A stretch of DNA of 64,000 bases from Malacoraja senta (GCA_038087875.1 CM075985.1:16430001-16494000); one strand, 5' to 3'. Positions 1-14,665 are shown, counted from the stretch's first letter. Numbers and translations: made by a program. The notes: generated by a model from the sequence alone, not told the origin.

Positions 1-744
1 GACTTAATATATTACTCATAAACTAGTAATTTTTATGAGTAATATATTAAGTATATGTTTAATCAGAGGATTCTGTGCTGGCAGTAAGATTTGTAGCCAC
101 AGGGTAGGGAAAGCTAGAGAAGCAGAGACCCAGGTTATTCTGTGGCACCTCCTGCCATTGTACCAGGCCTCATCAGTTACAATTACAATGACCTTGGTCA
201 GAGAAGACATGGCATAGGCTTCTGTACATGTTTTAGGACCAGGGTTCAAGTCAACCTTTGGCCTTTTAATAGTTATCCTTGGGAGATGTGAAGCGCAGGT
301 GAGTGGAATGTTAATAGAATGTGAGATGGGAAAATGAGATATATCAGACACTAAAATACAAACAAATATTAAGTTGCATGTTGTAAAACAACATTTTTGG
401 TGTGATGCAATGTTTTATTTACCATATACTGTAGCTCATCACTGTAACATAGAATTAACTTGGGACAGAAAGTGATATGCAACAGGAAGAGATATGGGCA
501 GCAATGGGAATGCAAGAGCTGAGAGTGAGAATGAGAGGTGAAGAGAAAGGGAAGTAAAGGTGATAATAATAGGAAGCATGATAGAGAGAGATGGAAGCAA
601 TCTGTATGCCAAAGGTTTATGGCCTATTAAGTTACATGCATCGAAATTTGGCCGTGAGCAATTCATTTATGTAGAAGTAAGGTTCTGTCTCCTTGCAGAC
701 AATAGCAAATGTAAATTAAAGAAATTTGCTGGAATTTTTTGAAT

Positions 745-1285
745 AAATAACAGGACAGACAAAGGAGAGTCAGTATACCTAGTTGTATACCTAGATTTTC
801 AGAAAGCTTTTGATAAGGTGCCACACGAGAGGCTGCTAAGGAAGATGGGAGCCCACGGTATCAAAGGGAACATACTAGCATGGATATCAGGTTGGCTGGG
901 TGGCAGAAGACAAAGAGTGGCAATAAAGGGGGCTTTTTCTTGTTGGCTGCCAGTGATTAGTGGAGTTCCACAGGGTTCGGAGCTGGGCCGCTGCTCTTCA
1001 TATTGTATATTAATGATTTGGATCAGGGGATTGAAGGCTTTGTGGCAAAGTTTGCGGATGATACAAAAATAGGTGGAGGGGCAGGTAGTGTAGAGAAAGA
1101 GAGACTGCAGAAGAACTTGGATAGGTTTGTAGAGTGGGCAGAGAAGTGGCAGATGGAATATAGTGTAGCAAAGTGTGGAATCATGCATTTTGGTAGTAGG
1201 CATAGATTATTTTCTAAATGCGGAGAGAATCCAGAAATCGGAGGTGCAAAGGGACATGGGAGTGCTGGTGCAGGATTCTCAAAAT
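745..1285 (+). mobile_element. CR1-clade LINE reverse-transcriptase fragment (degenerate)
   Basis: Fragmentary frames encode [38 protein letters not shown]; frameshifted. Confidence 0.9.
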
Positions 1286-4200
1286 TACATGATCCTATCA
1301 CTTATGACCCTATCATTTTATGAATTAAACATTTGTAGAACTTATGCCAAGGTTAATTGAAATCCATCAATACCTAACCTGTAATGAGTTTACGATGAAT
1401 TTAAAGAACTATGCTGAACCTGTGGACGGAAGGGAGGGAATGGTGAGACGTGAGCTGCAGAATTGGAGAACATGGCTGGGGGTTCCAGTGAGCTGGTGGT
1501 GTGCTCAATGACTATGGCAACAAGGTGCTAGTCACCACTACACCTCCCTTCAGTTAAGCTCAGGGTCTTCTCCACAATAGGCCCAAGGTTGCATCTTTTT
1601 ACCCCTGCAGTGTCCCGCTATGTATTCTGCTCAAAAGCCAGGGTCAGGCTGACCCTGGGCTGATTGCCATGCACCCAACTGGGTCTCTGGTGTGTACCCA
1701 GGGATTGGGTTGGACATCGGAGCTCAAGGTAGACAGATGGGCCGGTCAGGGAAGAAAATCAGGAAGCAACAGGTTGAACAGTGATGCAGTGGATTCACCA
1801 GAGTGCCTTGTGCTCGGGGTTCATGACATGGTTGAATGTGGAGTGAAGAAAGGATGACGTTATTGCCTCTCCTGAAAGGTGTCCCAGTCTAGCACTAAGC
1901 TGGGAACGCTGGGCTGTCTCAACCTGGCAGACATTCATAGCATGAAGTTCACAAAAGGAAACTGCATAGAATGGAATGTAAAACCGTTTCTCCCCAACAG
2001 GGAAATTGTTTCAGAGATATGAGGGCAACTCATGGCTCGAAGTACCCAGTCCGATTTCCAGAGTAATGTGAAATGACCATGATCATGTTTCGCTCTGAGA
2101 AAGAAAGACTTTCAACTCTGCACAATACTGAAGAATGTAACATTATGTCAAATAAATTCTAGGCAAAGGCGCCAAATCAACATTGCACACTGATCCTTCT
2201 TGGCTGATCCTTGTGTGATCTTTATTCACACGGCGCATTTAATGCTATTTCAGAAGCAATTCTGCACCGATGGTGCTGAACATGTAACGTACATTCCTAG
2301 CCAAAAATCCCTTAAACAGACGCCACAATAAACAAAGCAAATAAAGTAAAGGCTTCTCCATAACGACACAAAAAGGTTTCGAGTGGTCATTCCACCTCCA
2401 CTGTGTGGAGCTCACATTCATCTTCTTTGTGGAACTAACAATTGTGTGAAGCATTACAAGGAGGACTGAATATAAAACGGTAAATTGTCCCTTTGCACAT
2501 TCCGAAACTTCACAATAAAATAAAGTAGCTTGGATGTTTTTCTCAACGGTAGGTCTATCTCAATCTTGGGGATTTAAACTTGAACAATTTTCAAATGTTC
2601 TGCAAAACAAGCCTTGTCCTCAGAGGAGGAGGTTTGGAGTCAGCTTCAATATTGCACTCGTTTCACAACATCTGGGCTGTTTCAGAACAAATGCAATTTC
2701 CTACTACTGAGTGCTTAATTTTACAAAGCAGAAACAAGGTCTCTAAATCCTTAGTGCATTTAGCATTTTTTGTTGTGCTCAAAATGATTTCCTTCCCTGT
2801 AGGGCAGCTTTCATTGTTGCCGTGACTGTAAGAACATTTTTGAAAAACATTTCTCTCTTGAACTGTTAATCTTGATCAATAAACTCTTCCCTATTCCTGC
2901 CAATCTCACCCAGATAGGAACAATAACACATCATATCATCAACCTAACCAAGATAGACATTCATATTTAACATCCTCAGCATGCAGACTAGATCTAATCT
3001 ATGTGTGGATACATGGATAGGAATGGTTCAGAAGGATATGGGCCAAAAACAGGTTGGTGGGACTAGTGTAGATGGGTATCTTGGTCGGCATGGGCAAGTT
3101 GGCCATTGGGCTTGTTTCTGTGCTGTGGGACTCAGTGACTATGTATCTGGAGAGGAGGGGGAGGAGGAAAATCAATGGCTCTTATACTTATGTCAACAGA
3201 AGGAGCACAATGATTATGGTGAATTACTTTGTAGTCGTTACAAAACTATATTTGAACAGTTGTTAAAATAGATGTAGGTATTTTATGGTGAAAAGCCCCA
3301 TCTTTTGCTGCCTGATGCTGATAGAGATATCACATCAATTATATCGGCATTTCCTGCTGCGCCTGACTCCATGTTGTCTCAGGACTCTTGGTCATTTATT
3401 CAGTTAAAATTATCTTGTCCTGCCCCAAGTCAACCATCAATCTTCATTCCCACTGGTGCATGTTCAGTTTGGCACTATTCAGTTTCTCTTACAGTCATCT
3501 ATGGATTTTACTTTATTAACATAAAACCAGATTCCAGTTTAATTCAACATATATTGCCTTATCATTGGTTTAAAAGTTTGCGTATTTCAGCAGAATTCCA
3601 GAATGGATCACACAATCCAAACTGACATCAGCGCTCTGCTGCCCAAGTCTGACAGTCCCCATCTTTCAGATGAGGTTATTGTGTGATTCAGCATAGATAC
3701 AGACCCTTCGGCCCATCTAAGCTCATGCTGATAACCGTGTACCTGTCTATACTCACCCAATTTATCAGTACCTGTTCAACAGCCTACTATGCCTCAGCAA
3801 TTCAACTGCTCCTCCAGATGCTTCTGAAATGTTGCTTGACTCACATGTCTCCACCACCTTCTCAGGCAGTGCATTCAAAACTTTAGCCATCCTCTGTATA
3901 AAAATTCTCCCTCAGATTCCAGCTAAACCTCTTCTCAACTTAAGCCACAGCTTCTGGGCATTGCTCCCTCTGTTGTGGAGAAAAAATTCTTACTATCTAC
4001 CCTATCCATGCCTCTTCTGGGGAAAGTCGTGGTTCTTTCCTCATAAGGGCAACATTTTGTCTCAGGCAACATCCTGGTGTATCTCCTTTGCATCCTCTTG
4101 ACTCAGATCCTTCCCCTAGTGTGAGAACTATATAGATTAATCTAGCTGTGACTTGGCCAATAAAGTTGTACCAAGACCTCTCTGATCTTTCATTCTGTAT

Positions 4201-5648
4201 CCCAGCTAAGGAAGGCCAGCATCCCAACTGCCTTTGATTCTACCCTATCTGAACTGCTATCTTCATTCGTTCTTCAATACACTGCTGGGTACACATCAGT
4301 CATAGTATATGTCCTATGAATATATGTAGTATATGTCCCAGCCTTATTTGACACTTCAAAATATATAATTTCACAGTTACCAGAATCAAATGCTATCTAC
4401 CATTGCTCTACCAGTTGAGCAAAGTCAAAGTCAAGGTCAATTTAATTCATCACAGTCGCAGTTTTAAGTGTATCGCTGCTGGCAGGCAGCTGACTCGCAG
4501 CACACCCACCGAACGACAGCAATATCATTCTGTAACCAGAGACCATCTTCCTCACTATCAACAGCAAACCAAGACCACTCTATCCTACTTTGCTGATAAT
4601 GTTGTTCATTAACTAACATACAGGGATACTTTAAGAAAAGCAGGAATTTCTACCCTTCTCCTTGATTTTCTTTCTCTCCAAGGCCGTACAACCAAGAGTG
4701 ATTCATTGATCATTTATCACTAAAGCTTCTTGTAAAATCGTTGTTTGCAAAGGGCTGAAGTGAAAATAACAATAGCCACTGCGCTTCAACATGGTTCATT
4801 GTGAGCACAGTGTAGTGGTTGTTCCTGACAAATGGCAGATTTTGAAGCCAGTGGTGAGTGCAGACAGATCATGTTGCACTTTGATATTAAAAATATGAAC
4901 TTGAATGAGGCGAGGTCCCAGTGGGAAATTGCAGTGCAAAGCTGCTCAGATCCTTTGCGTGAGACTACACGCAGCGAGGATCCAAAGAAGTGAGAGAAAC
5001 CATCCCACCGGCACCAGTGTCTGCCCACAAAGAAAAGAAAATATCTGACAGTCAGCTGAATCTTGACCTAAAACATAACTGGAACCGTCCATGGCCGATG
5101 GAATGTAGTTCAAAGGCGATAAGAAAGCTTTAAAACTTTAAACATCAAATCGACAAACCTAAACACTTTAATGCAATCACATTTGAACAGTCACTTAACT
5201 CAAAGACTAAAAAAAAGGATCTAAAACTTACATCAGTATCTTGAGGAAGTTCAGTCAATTGCATCAATTGGGAGCTCTCACCTAGAACAGGATCTTCTGT
5301 CGGGAGGTCAGAACCTCACTGCCCTCCAGCATCATGGGGTTGTCTGCTGCTCACCAGCAAGTCACTGGCAGTAACCTTTGGATGTGTGTCCTCACATGGA
5401 AATCGAAAGCCGCTCCTAGTTTAAGGTTAGGCTGGCCTGATATTAATAACGTCAAATTTTGCCATCATTATCAAAGTCTGAAGTTGCTAAATAAATACAA
5501 CTCTTTTTCTTTCTGGTAATGCTGAACATCAAATATTTTAATATTGATTCCATTAATTTACTGCCGGAAGCATCCCTAGAGTGTTCATTTCTCATACAGT
5601 CCATTCATAAGGTAAATAAAGGTTCACAAATTCAGCATGGTGAAGCAT

Positions 5649-5676
5649 TTTAATGATTTAACATAAATCTTTTATT
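5649..5676 (-). terminator. Candidate distal polyadenylation signals of CACNA2D1 (AATAAA 5676-5671, ATTAAA 5654-5649)
   Basis: Two hexamers on the gene strand at the end of an AT-rich, UTR-like non-repetitive stretch; no transcript evidence. Confidence 0.4.
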
Positions 5677-8014
5677 CTGAATATATTTGCACAAGAATAA
5701 AGTAACACAACATTTCTAAGATTATAAACTTTTTTTTAAAGTGTATTGTACAAATTTATACAAAATTTCTTTCAGGCTTGTCAGGTTCCACATAACGTTC
5801 AGAAAGCACAAGAAGACCATAAATAAAACAATCCATTGAAACAGGATCTGGACACTGCACTATGGTCAATAACAGCACAATTCCCTTCATTCACATTGTA
5901 AGACAGCTTTGCAACTTGCAACCCAGTAAGGCTACAGGGCTAGATGATTATTTATTTTAAAAAAGCTATTTAAACCTCATATAAACACACACAAATGGCA
6001 GCATTGCTCTTCACCAATTCATCTAAGCATAAGCTTTAAAGAAAAATCAACATCAAATTGTACATGTAAAAGGGTCTTCAAAGTTTCACAGTTCTAGCAC
6101 AACTAAAACTGCTTCATTGAAAATGTGTTCAAAACCAATCCATCCACTCACTGGCTATACTTTATGTGGATGCAACAATTCTGTTTAATTTCTCTCAATT
6201 AATCTGAAATAATGACTTTCAAATCGATGATTAGAATGAGCACTGTGTATTTTCCTATTCACAGTTCTAGTCATATAATCTTAATATTGTGAATTCATAT
6301 TTTACTTATGAAACATTATGCTTCTTTCTTTTTCACAAAGGAAGATAAAGGGTATTTGGTGTCATTGCCAAATTTGTTAAGTTAAATGAGTCTTTTAGCC
6401 ACCATTTGAAGAGTGCAATGAAATTCTTGATTCTATTTTACAAGTGGACTGAACTAGCCCTTGAGCTAATATAAACTTTAACAAGCTGACCAAGGCCCAT
6501 TTTTATTGGGATGCACTAAACAGAATAACCTTATTAAATAAGAATTTTCAGTTCAAAAGACATAATCGAGCCAAACCCTACCTGTGTCGCATGGTATCCA
6601 ATGTTTATTGGAAGAGTACACAAATATTAATACCGTGTAAATATGCCATTTTCTTAATATTTAACAGTCCAGGATTTCTGGATGGTTTCAAGAGGTTTCA
6701 GGAGGACTCTAATCATGCAAATGTTTAAAATTTGGACGTAATCACAGCTGGGGAAACTAAGGCCAGGTAACCTGACAAGTTGTGGTTAAATAGTTAAATC
6801 ATAAAACACATGTTTAATTGCATGTTCTCTGAAGAGATTGGAGACAAAAAATGACACTGCAGGTGTTAGAATCTGGAGCAAAAAGCAGACTGGTGAAGTC
6901 TGCAGTTTATTTGGGTCAAGCAGCATCTGTGGAGGCAAAGGATGGTCGATCTATTGGGTCATGACCTTACAGTTTCCTTTTTGCTCATCAGTGGTTGTTA
7001 GAAATCCTCAAGATATCATTCAGGAAAAGGAATCATGTACCATTAATCCTGCCAAATTTGTTGTACAAAATACTATATAATGACATTATCACACGCTTAC
7101 TGAAAACCATGTATTACAAAGTGCCACTTACTTGCCTACAAGATGAATGGCAATGAAGGACAATTTCTGGAAGAAGCATGGAAATCAATGCAGGGGACTT
7201 CTATAATCACAGCATTTCTGTGTTGAAAGCAGTTAGTAGAGGAGTTTACAGCATTTTGTGTTAGGGAGGTTGAAAATTATGATTGCTTTCATGATCTGTA
7301 GTAAAGATCTGTATGAAGGCATTTGGAGGAACTAATCATAAGCTTATGGATGGGTGAAACTTTAGGCAAATTCTAAAGCCATGAATATAAACAAAATTGC
7401 TACAGTTAGATCTAATGGTGATAACAAATTACGAGGTTGATGCTAAACATGCTAATACCATGCAAAGCCCTGAACTACTCAATAATGTTACTGTACATGT
7501 TAATAGCAGGTTCCCTACTGGCTCTGTGAGGCTCAAATAAAAACAAATATCCCATTTTTCATCTTAAATGATCCAACATGAAATAATTTTTTTGATAAAG
7601 CTGAGGGGATTTGCCAAAAACTTTCACTTTATAAGAAGCTCAATTAAATTTAGGCCCGAAAATAAACTATGAAAGAAATCTAAATTGTTATGTTTATAAA
7701 AAGTGCCATGTACTCTAACATGCAGAGAGAGTGTAAACAGGTGGGCAAGAGTGTTCCTCTATCACTGGGAGTGGGAGAAACAAGGAATCTTTCTCACTGT
7801 AGAGAGAGCAATCCTATGTCAACTCCTCTTTTTACCAGTGACACTCATGTAACGGAATTTGATCTACACATAGAACGCTTCTCATTCTAACAGAGAATGT
7901 CAACATTAACTAAATTCTTTTAAAAGTAAAACATAAACCAAAGAATGATTCTGCATTGTGGCAGAGTGAAATACATTCTTATCATTGGCAAAGCAGAAGG
8001 AGCAAACTCTGACA

Positions 8015-8138
8015 TGTAGAAAAGAACTGCAGATGCTGGTTTAATGGACACAAAATACTGGAGTAACTCAGCGGGACAGGCAGCATCTGTGGGGAGAAGG
8101 AATGGGCGACGTTTCGGGTCGAGACCCTTCTTCAGACT
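8015..8138 (-). mobile_element. Penelope-like element (PLE) terminal repeat with a minimal hammerhead ribozyme core at 8108-8135
   Basis: Minus strand reads CTGAAGA-A-GGGTC-TC-GACCC-GAAAC-GTC, followed by the family body gatgctgcc...ccgctgagttactccag. Confidence 0.75.
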
Positions 8139-8924
8139 CTGACTTCATCCTCCTAAAACTACCAACAAATTTGTACTCTCAAATCAGGGAAATTAGACTC
8201 AATTTTTAAGCCACAACAAACAAGAAAATAAAATGTTGCCTTCAGAATTACATGAGTGCTTCATATTCACTTTATGGGAGGAATCTTTGATGAAATAAAT
8301 GTCCCCAGAAACGACACCTATTTTTGAGATTGATTATTCTGACATTGGTATTCGTGCCTGATCTATAAATTTATGAATGGCAGCATTAACTTGTTTTTTT
8401 GTTCAGGAAAAGCATCCAACCATTTACCAAAGCTGAACCATTAGGAAATTAAAAACAGAACATCAGAAGCAGATAGTTACCGCAGGAGAGAACACTATGC
8501 CAATGGCATATTGAGGTCTCTGTGTCGTACAAGAATAAAACAAGTACTTCTGCCAGGATCTGTTAAATCAGGGCCTCATGCAAACCCTGATTACTGACAA
8601 GATTAACAAAACAAAGACAATCATGGTCATGGAGTACTCAGCGTAAACACTGAGTTACAGAGTTAAAACCAAATGGAAGAATTAGAATTTAGAGATTATA
8701 AAACAATCTGCAATTTAAAACTGAAAAACACTTATGGGGGAGCCATATTTGGCAAACTTAGCTTGGATGGGAGCATCTAACAAGCTGCCACAGTGAAACT
8801 GAGTATAATACAAATCCTGAAAATGCCTAGATTTGATTTTCAAATCAGTGGTAATCACATTGATCTTGCTTATGCTTTTATGTTGAGGCTTTTTCTTTCA
8901 TGGGTAATACTAGATGTAAAGAGG

Positions 8925-9855
8925 GGAAGAGGTGGTCGGTGGGGGCGCTGTGAGACGGCTGCCCTGCCAGCAGTGAGTTCATTATTTCCACATTTTTTGT
9001 TTTTTTTAGTGTCCAAATGTTTGTTTTAGTGTCTCTCGGTGTGTCTTGTGTGGGGGGGTGGTGAGGGAGGGTAAGGGAGGAACCGCTTTCGGTCGCCTCC
9101 TCCACCGAGGGGCAACTTTTTTCATATCGCCTCCCTCGCAGCCTAACAGCATGGATTGGAGCGGCTTTTCGCAGAGTCGGGCCTGGAGTTTCAGCAGTGG
9201 ACTTTTCATCGCGGAGCAGGCGAGCCCTTGCCGGGGTCGCCGGAAGGGAGTGCTCCGATCGCTGGCCCGCGGACTGTCACATCCTGAAGCCGCGGTCTGC
9301 GGAGCTTCTAGCCGCGGGCGCGGCGTCCGGAGCCTGGGATCCCTCGTTGGGGATCCCCAGAGAAGAGCTCCGACTGCTGGCCCGCGGCCTTTAACATCCT
9401 GAAGCCGTGGTCTGCGGAGTTTCTTGCCGAGGGCGCGGCGTGGACTTACCATCTGGAGCCTGGGTTCCCTCGCCAGGGGACAGCCAGAGAAGAGCTCCGA
9501 CTGCCGGCCTGCGGCCAACAACATTCTGAAGCTGCGGTCTCCGGTAGGAAAGCGCCGATTCGGGACCTCCAAGCCGCGGAGTGTGTTCGACCGTCCCGAC
9601 GAGAGGGCCTGTACATCCAGCCGCCCGTAACGGCGACTGCGGAGGTTGATGGCCCCGACCACGGGTGAACAATGGAGGAGGACTGACTGTTCTTTGTGCC
9701 TTCCACCACAGTGAAGAATGCTGTGGTGGATGTTCGTGTTAAATCTTATTGTGTATTGTGTGTTCTTTTTCTTTTATTGTACCGCTGCTGGCAAATTCAT
9801 TTCCCTGCACTTATATGTGTATGTGATGAATAAAACTGATTAATTGATTGATTGA
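8925..9855 (+). mobile_element. CpG-rich non-autonomous SINE-like repeat with internal imperfect units of about 110-120 bp and a Rex1-like tail
   Basis: Three gctccgact/gctggcccgcgg...acatcctgaagccg units; ends with tgaataaa and (attg)n; related copies at 39095-39885 (+) and 33705-33885 (-). Confidence 0.65.
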
Positions 9856-11374
9856 AATGGGCCAAATCATATGACATTGATAACGTACTACTACATTGTA
9901 TGCATTAGGGTTTTGACTTCATGGTCTACCAGAGAAAGTGATTTGAACGGAAGACCCGAGAATTTGTGAAGTGTATTTGTAAACTGCACAATTTATTTAC
10001 CCACCTGTGATGCTATTTGTGGTGTATTGCCACACTTTCAATGTCTATTCATTTTTCTTTGCACATCCTACCCTGAATCTTCTCGGAATAAGTTCTGCGA
10101 ATGTTATTTTACATTATTAGAATTTTTTTTTATGTTATTTTTTAACTCATGGATATCGTCACTTACGTCACTGTGAATGGCCATTCTTTAATGCCAAGAA
10201 GCAGAGATTGGTCTGTGAATGGATTGTGTTGTGCAAGTATTTGCGATAAAGTGGCCACAATTCTAAAAAGTGATACATGGAGGCAGTTTGTAACAAAACC
10301 TATTCTACTTCCGCATGGATACGTTTTGGCATTTTACTAATGACATGCTGACTGTTTTAAGCATTTTTCTCCAATAGTTAAAAATAGATGTGAAATAACA
10401 TGACAAGGGTAGTATTTCTGAACAAGGTTGTGGTTAGTTAATGAGCTAGCACTACAATTACACAGGCAACTAGTGGTTTTCTTGGGCATGCTGTCTTATT
10501 ATCCAAATTATAATAGTGCCTGCCAATAAAGCAAAACTAAAACAATTACTGGCTTCAGTACAAAATCCCCTACGGTAAGATTTACGCAGGGCAATGTGAT
10601 GGAGCAATGTAAAAACTAATTACTTTAAAAACAAAATTAATGTAAAAACAAATGAACCTGTTCTGTTTTGGATTGGAGTAAAACTGGAAACCAATATATT
10701 TTCGGTTCTCGGTCCCTTGGAACTTCATTACTGTGTATCACCTTTCTACAGATATCTATTGCATCAATTTGGGGAGAAACAGGAAACAGAAAGGTATTGC
10801 AGAGTATTATTCCCTGAAGCAGGTGGTTAACACTATCAGTGATGGATTAGCATCATTATATTTGCCACTGAGTGTGAGACAACCTTCATATTTCATTAAC
10901 TTGTACATTGTCAGGTTGACAAGTTATAATGATTGGTATTCCATAGGGAGCAATTTTTGGGCCTCAACTTTATTACAGTTTATATACTGACGAGCATTAA
11001 TTATGTTTGTCATGACTTAAAGAAAGGTGGGGAAGTCAATTGCAAAGAGAACATAAGGAGGCGACAGTGATGTGGGTAAGTGGTGAGAAGGCAAAGATCT
11101 GTTAAGTTGGGCACAATGTGGGAAAATATAACACTGTCCATTAAAGCTGTAAAAATAATAAAGGAGTTGACAAAACCATGAAAGATTAGAAAGCAATGAG
11201 ATACAGGGGAATCTAAGTGACCATGACCACGATTCACAAAAGACTAGCTAGGAGACTAGTGAGGAAAGCCACCCAAATATTATTCCTTATTTCTAGGTCA
11301 ACGTAACACAAAGATAGGTAGGTTATCCCTCACTTATGTGGAGCTACATCTGCTCTTGTTATTGAAGCCAGATG

Positions 11375-11655
11375 CAGGCTTGAGCAACTCAGCACCTCAG
11401 GCAGCATCCCTGGAGAACATGGATATGTGGTGTTTCGGGTTGAGGCCCTTCTACAGACTTATTTCTGGGGTGGGGTGGGGAAGCTAGAAAAGTCGTGCTC
11501 CACTCTTCCCTCAACTGCAATCAGTCTGAAGAAGGACCCCGACTTGAATCGTCACCTGCCCATGTTCTCCAGGAATGCTGCCTGACCCGCTGAGTTACCC
11601 CAGCATTTTGTGTCTTTCTTTGGTTAAACCTGCATCTGCAGTTCCTTGTTTCTTC
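11375..11655. mobile_element. Inverted pair of PLE terminal repeats
   Basis: 11375-11460 (-) and 11520-11655 (+) copies of the same repeat. Confidence 0.75.
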
Positions 11656-13394
11656 TACAAGTTTTGGGTTTGTTAAAAGCAACTGAAAGAAGGATTTTTC
11701 TACCAGTACCTGGAATGAGGGAGCTGTCATATAAAGAAAGGTTAGATAGGGTTGACTTGCATCAGAAGCAGTTTAGAAAAGTGAGAGATGACTCAGTGGA
11801 AAAAGAACAAGATACTGAGGAGTGTTGAAAGGGTGGAAAGTACACAAAAATGCTGGAGAAACTCAGCGGGTGCAGCAGCATCTATGGAGCGAAGGAAATA
11901 GGCAACCAAATCTATAAAAAGGAGTCACAGTATATAAACAAGATATGTTGAATAAAGAGGCCGTGAGGTATCAAGGAAAGAGCGTTCACTTCGCGGCCCT
12001 GTTTCCAGCAATCTTTCCACCACCACGCACAAGAAGCGCAAGACAGACATCATTGAATGCAGATGCTGAGAAGTGATTTCAGCTCTGGCTGAACAACTTC
12101 TAATCTTGTGTGTGGACTCGACAAGAAGAAAATTACAAAGTTTAATATAGTTTCTCCAGAGTAAAAGTTCGAACGATGTCAGAAAATTACGGCTAAGAGG
12201 ATGTATTAAATGTATATTTGAAGCATACATGTTCTGTGAATAGGAAAACAATCATTTTACCAAATTTGAATCATTAACAACCAATCAGGATCATTGCATA
12301 CAACTAATTTAAGTGCTTCAAATCAGTAATGGATGACCCTTTTGACAGCACAGATTAACTATACAATATCAGAAATGAACTATACATTCAACTGATCAGA
12401 GGATTACAAGAATCACAAAACCGCTTGCAATTGCTCTGAAGCAACATGTTGGGCAAATATTGATTCAGATCCTTAGAGGCAGACTCTTCATTGAAATCAA
12501 TTAATTTGCAAGGTTGCAGCTATCATCAAAAAAAGAGACTTGAAAAACACTTACATATCAATCCGGTGCTTCAAGCAAGTAAATAAGAAAAGCAATAATC
12601 AAACCATTCCTTGTGATAAACTGCATATGCATCTACTCTAATTTCCCTTACAATGTGTCACCAGGCTAACCTTAGCCTATAGAATCCAACCTAAGTAACA
12701 AACTGATTGTGCCACAGGGCTAGAAGCATCCTCCTTTTATAATTCCAATTCTTTTTGAAACCTAAGCATCGAGAAGTTGAATATAATCCAAGGTGGGTCA
12801 ATTTCTTTGTGAAACCCAAATATTTTAAGGTTGGCAAAGAAAAGTTAATGCTTTCTCTTGTATATTGTAAATTACCTTTTGGCAACGGATGTGTGAATTT
12901 GTGAGCTGAGGATGTCCATTCTCAATGATGGCAAATACTTCCTTTGCAGTTTATTCTTGACTAATATCTATTTCTCAGAATCTTAATGTTAAATTGGCTC
13001 AGTGTTTAGGACACAATTTACAGCATAAATGATTTACACCAATTCCATGTAAGCTATTAAGTGACCAAAGCATAGATATTTGATTGTTTATCCATAACTT
13101 TTAAAATTTGGGGTGAAGATGCCTAAAGACAATTTAAACTTAAAATAATGTTTCAAAACAATAGGAAATATTATTTCTGAAATCATGAAATATTAATGAC
13201 AAATTCATTGAAATGTGCCTCCAAGATCAATGAAAAGCTAGAATCTCTTTGATGTGCAAAATTACCTCTGAAAGTTGCCAAAATGTCATGGCTGCACATC
13301 TTTGTGTCTTTTGAATGTCTTGCCACCTGTTCTCTCCACACTTGTACACCTTATCAGCAGTGTTGGCCAAAGTACATGAATAATTCACCCTGTT

Positions 13395-13835
13395 ATGACA
13401 GCATTTGATTCCATTTATACCTCACACTGCCTCGGCAAGACCAGTAGCATAATCAAGGACAAGTCACACCCTGGCCACTCCCTCTTCTCTCCTCTCCCAT
13501 CAGGCAAAAGGTACAGAAGTGTGAAAATGCACACCTCCAGATTCAGGGACAATTTCTTCCCAGCTGTTATCAGACAACTGAACCATCCTACCACAACTAG
13601 AGACCAGTGCTGAACTGCTATCTACCTCTTTGATGTCCCTCGGACTATCCTTGATCGGACTTTGGTGGCTTTACATTGCACTAAACGTTATTCCCTTATC
13701 ATGTATCTATACACTGTAAATGGATTGATTGTAATCATGTATTATCTTTCTGCTGACTGGTCAGCACGCAACAAAATGTCTTTACTGTACCTCGCTACAC
13801 GTGACAATAAACTAAACTGAACTAAACTGAACTGA
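13395..13835 (+). mobile_element. Rex1/Babar-type LINE 3' end
   Basis: IIKDKSHPGHSLFSPLPSGKRYRS...RFRDNFFPAVIRQLN C-terminal motif; tail tgacaataa followed by (actaa/actga)n. Confidence 0.85.
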
Positions 13836-14665
13836 TTTAAATCAAAGCGTGCTAACATTTGATCTAATGTAACAATGAACTCATTAGAGAATACTTGCAT
13901 TCAGCTCAGAGAAAGCCTCAAATGGAGGCAAGACCGCACAGGAAGAGGAAGAAAATTTGAGGTTGTTCACATGTGCCTGTTAGCAGTGCTTGCAGAGGGA
14001 GTAGGCCATTTACTCAACCAATTAAAAATGGGACATATTTAAAAATAGAGAGAAATATTAGCATGGCATGTTACTTTGCTTTACTCACTGCTGAATTAGG
14101 CATCAATCTGTAAATGGAACCACCAAGGGAACATGTGGACAGAGGATAATACTGCCTGGACAGAGATTAAAAATATTGACTAATTGCAAGTGGTCTAGCT
14201 TTTAGATTCCCTAAGCCTGGTTACAATTAAAATAACATCTGTGTCCATTGTTTAACCTGTTGCCCTGGCTGCGAGGTACCCCACTGATCACATGCCATAA
14301 CGATATTTTGACGTGCCCCAAATCAGACGTATAATTTTGTATGGCCCAGCACCACCAGAAAACAAGGTCTGGGCACTGCGTACTCAAAAATGCAGTAGAT
14401 AATGTTCTGGGCCATTTGAAATAAAACAATTAATGCCGAGTTAATGAAGTCTTCTGCTAATTTGATGCTGCAGCAAAGAAAGCCAACGACTTAAAGCTTG
14501 CAGGCAAAAGGGTGACTGAAAGTCGCAGAATCCACTTGCAGGCTGCTGCCTCTGGCAACATCTCGTTCAAAGATCCTACCCAAAGTGATTTTAACCAGCT
14601 GCGCAGTAAAACTGACCTTCTCTTACACAAAATGTATTAAATACTGTTTCCGTACACATTAACAT

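Noticed and set aside
1390-5600. Start of a neighbouring gene (HGF follows CACNA2D1 in human synteny)
   Set aside because: No exon or promoter recognisable; only degenerate repeats and unassigned sequence
8878-9709. Overlapping long ORFs on both strands (up to 218 aa)
   Set aside because: Caused by a GC-rich repeat with few stop codons; no recognisable protein motifs; the same applies to 39201-39844
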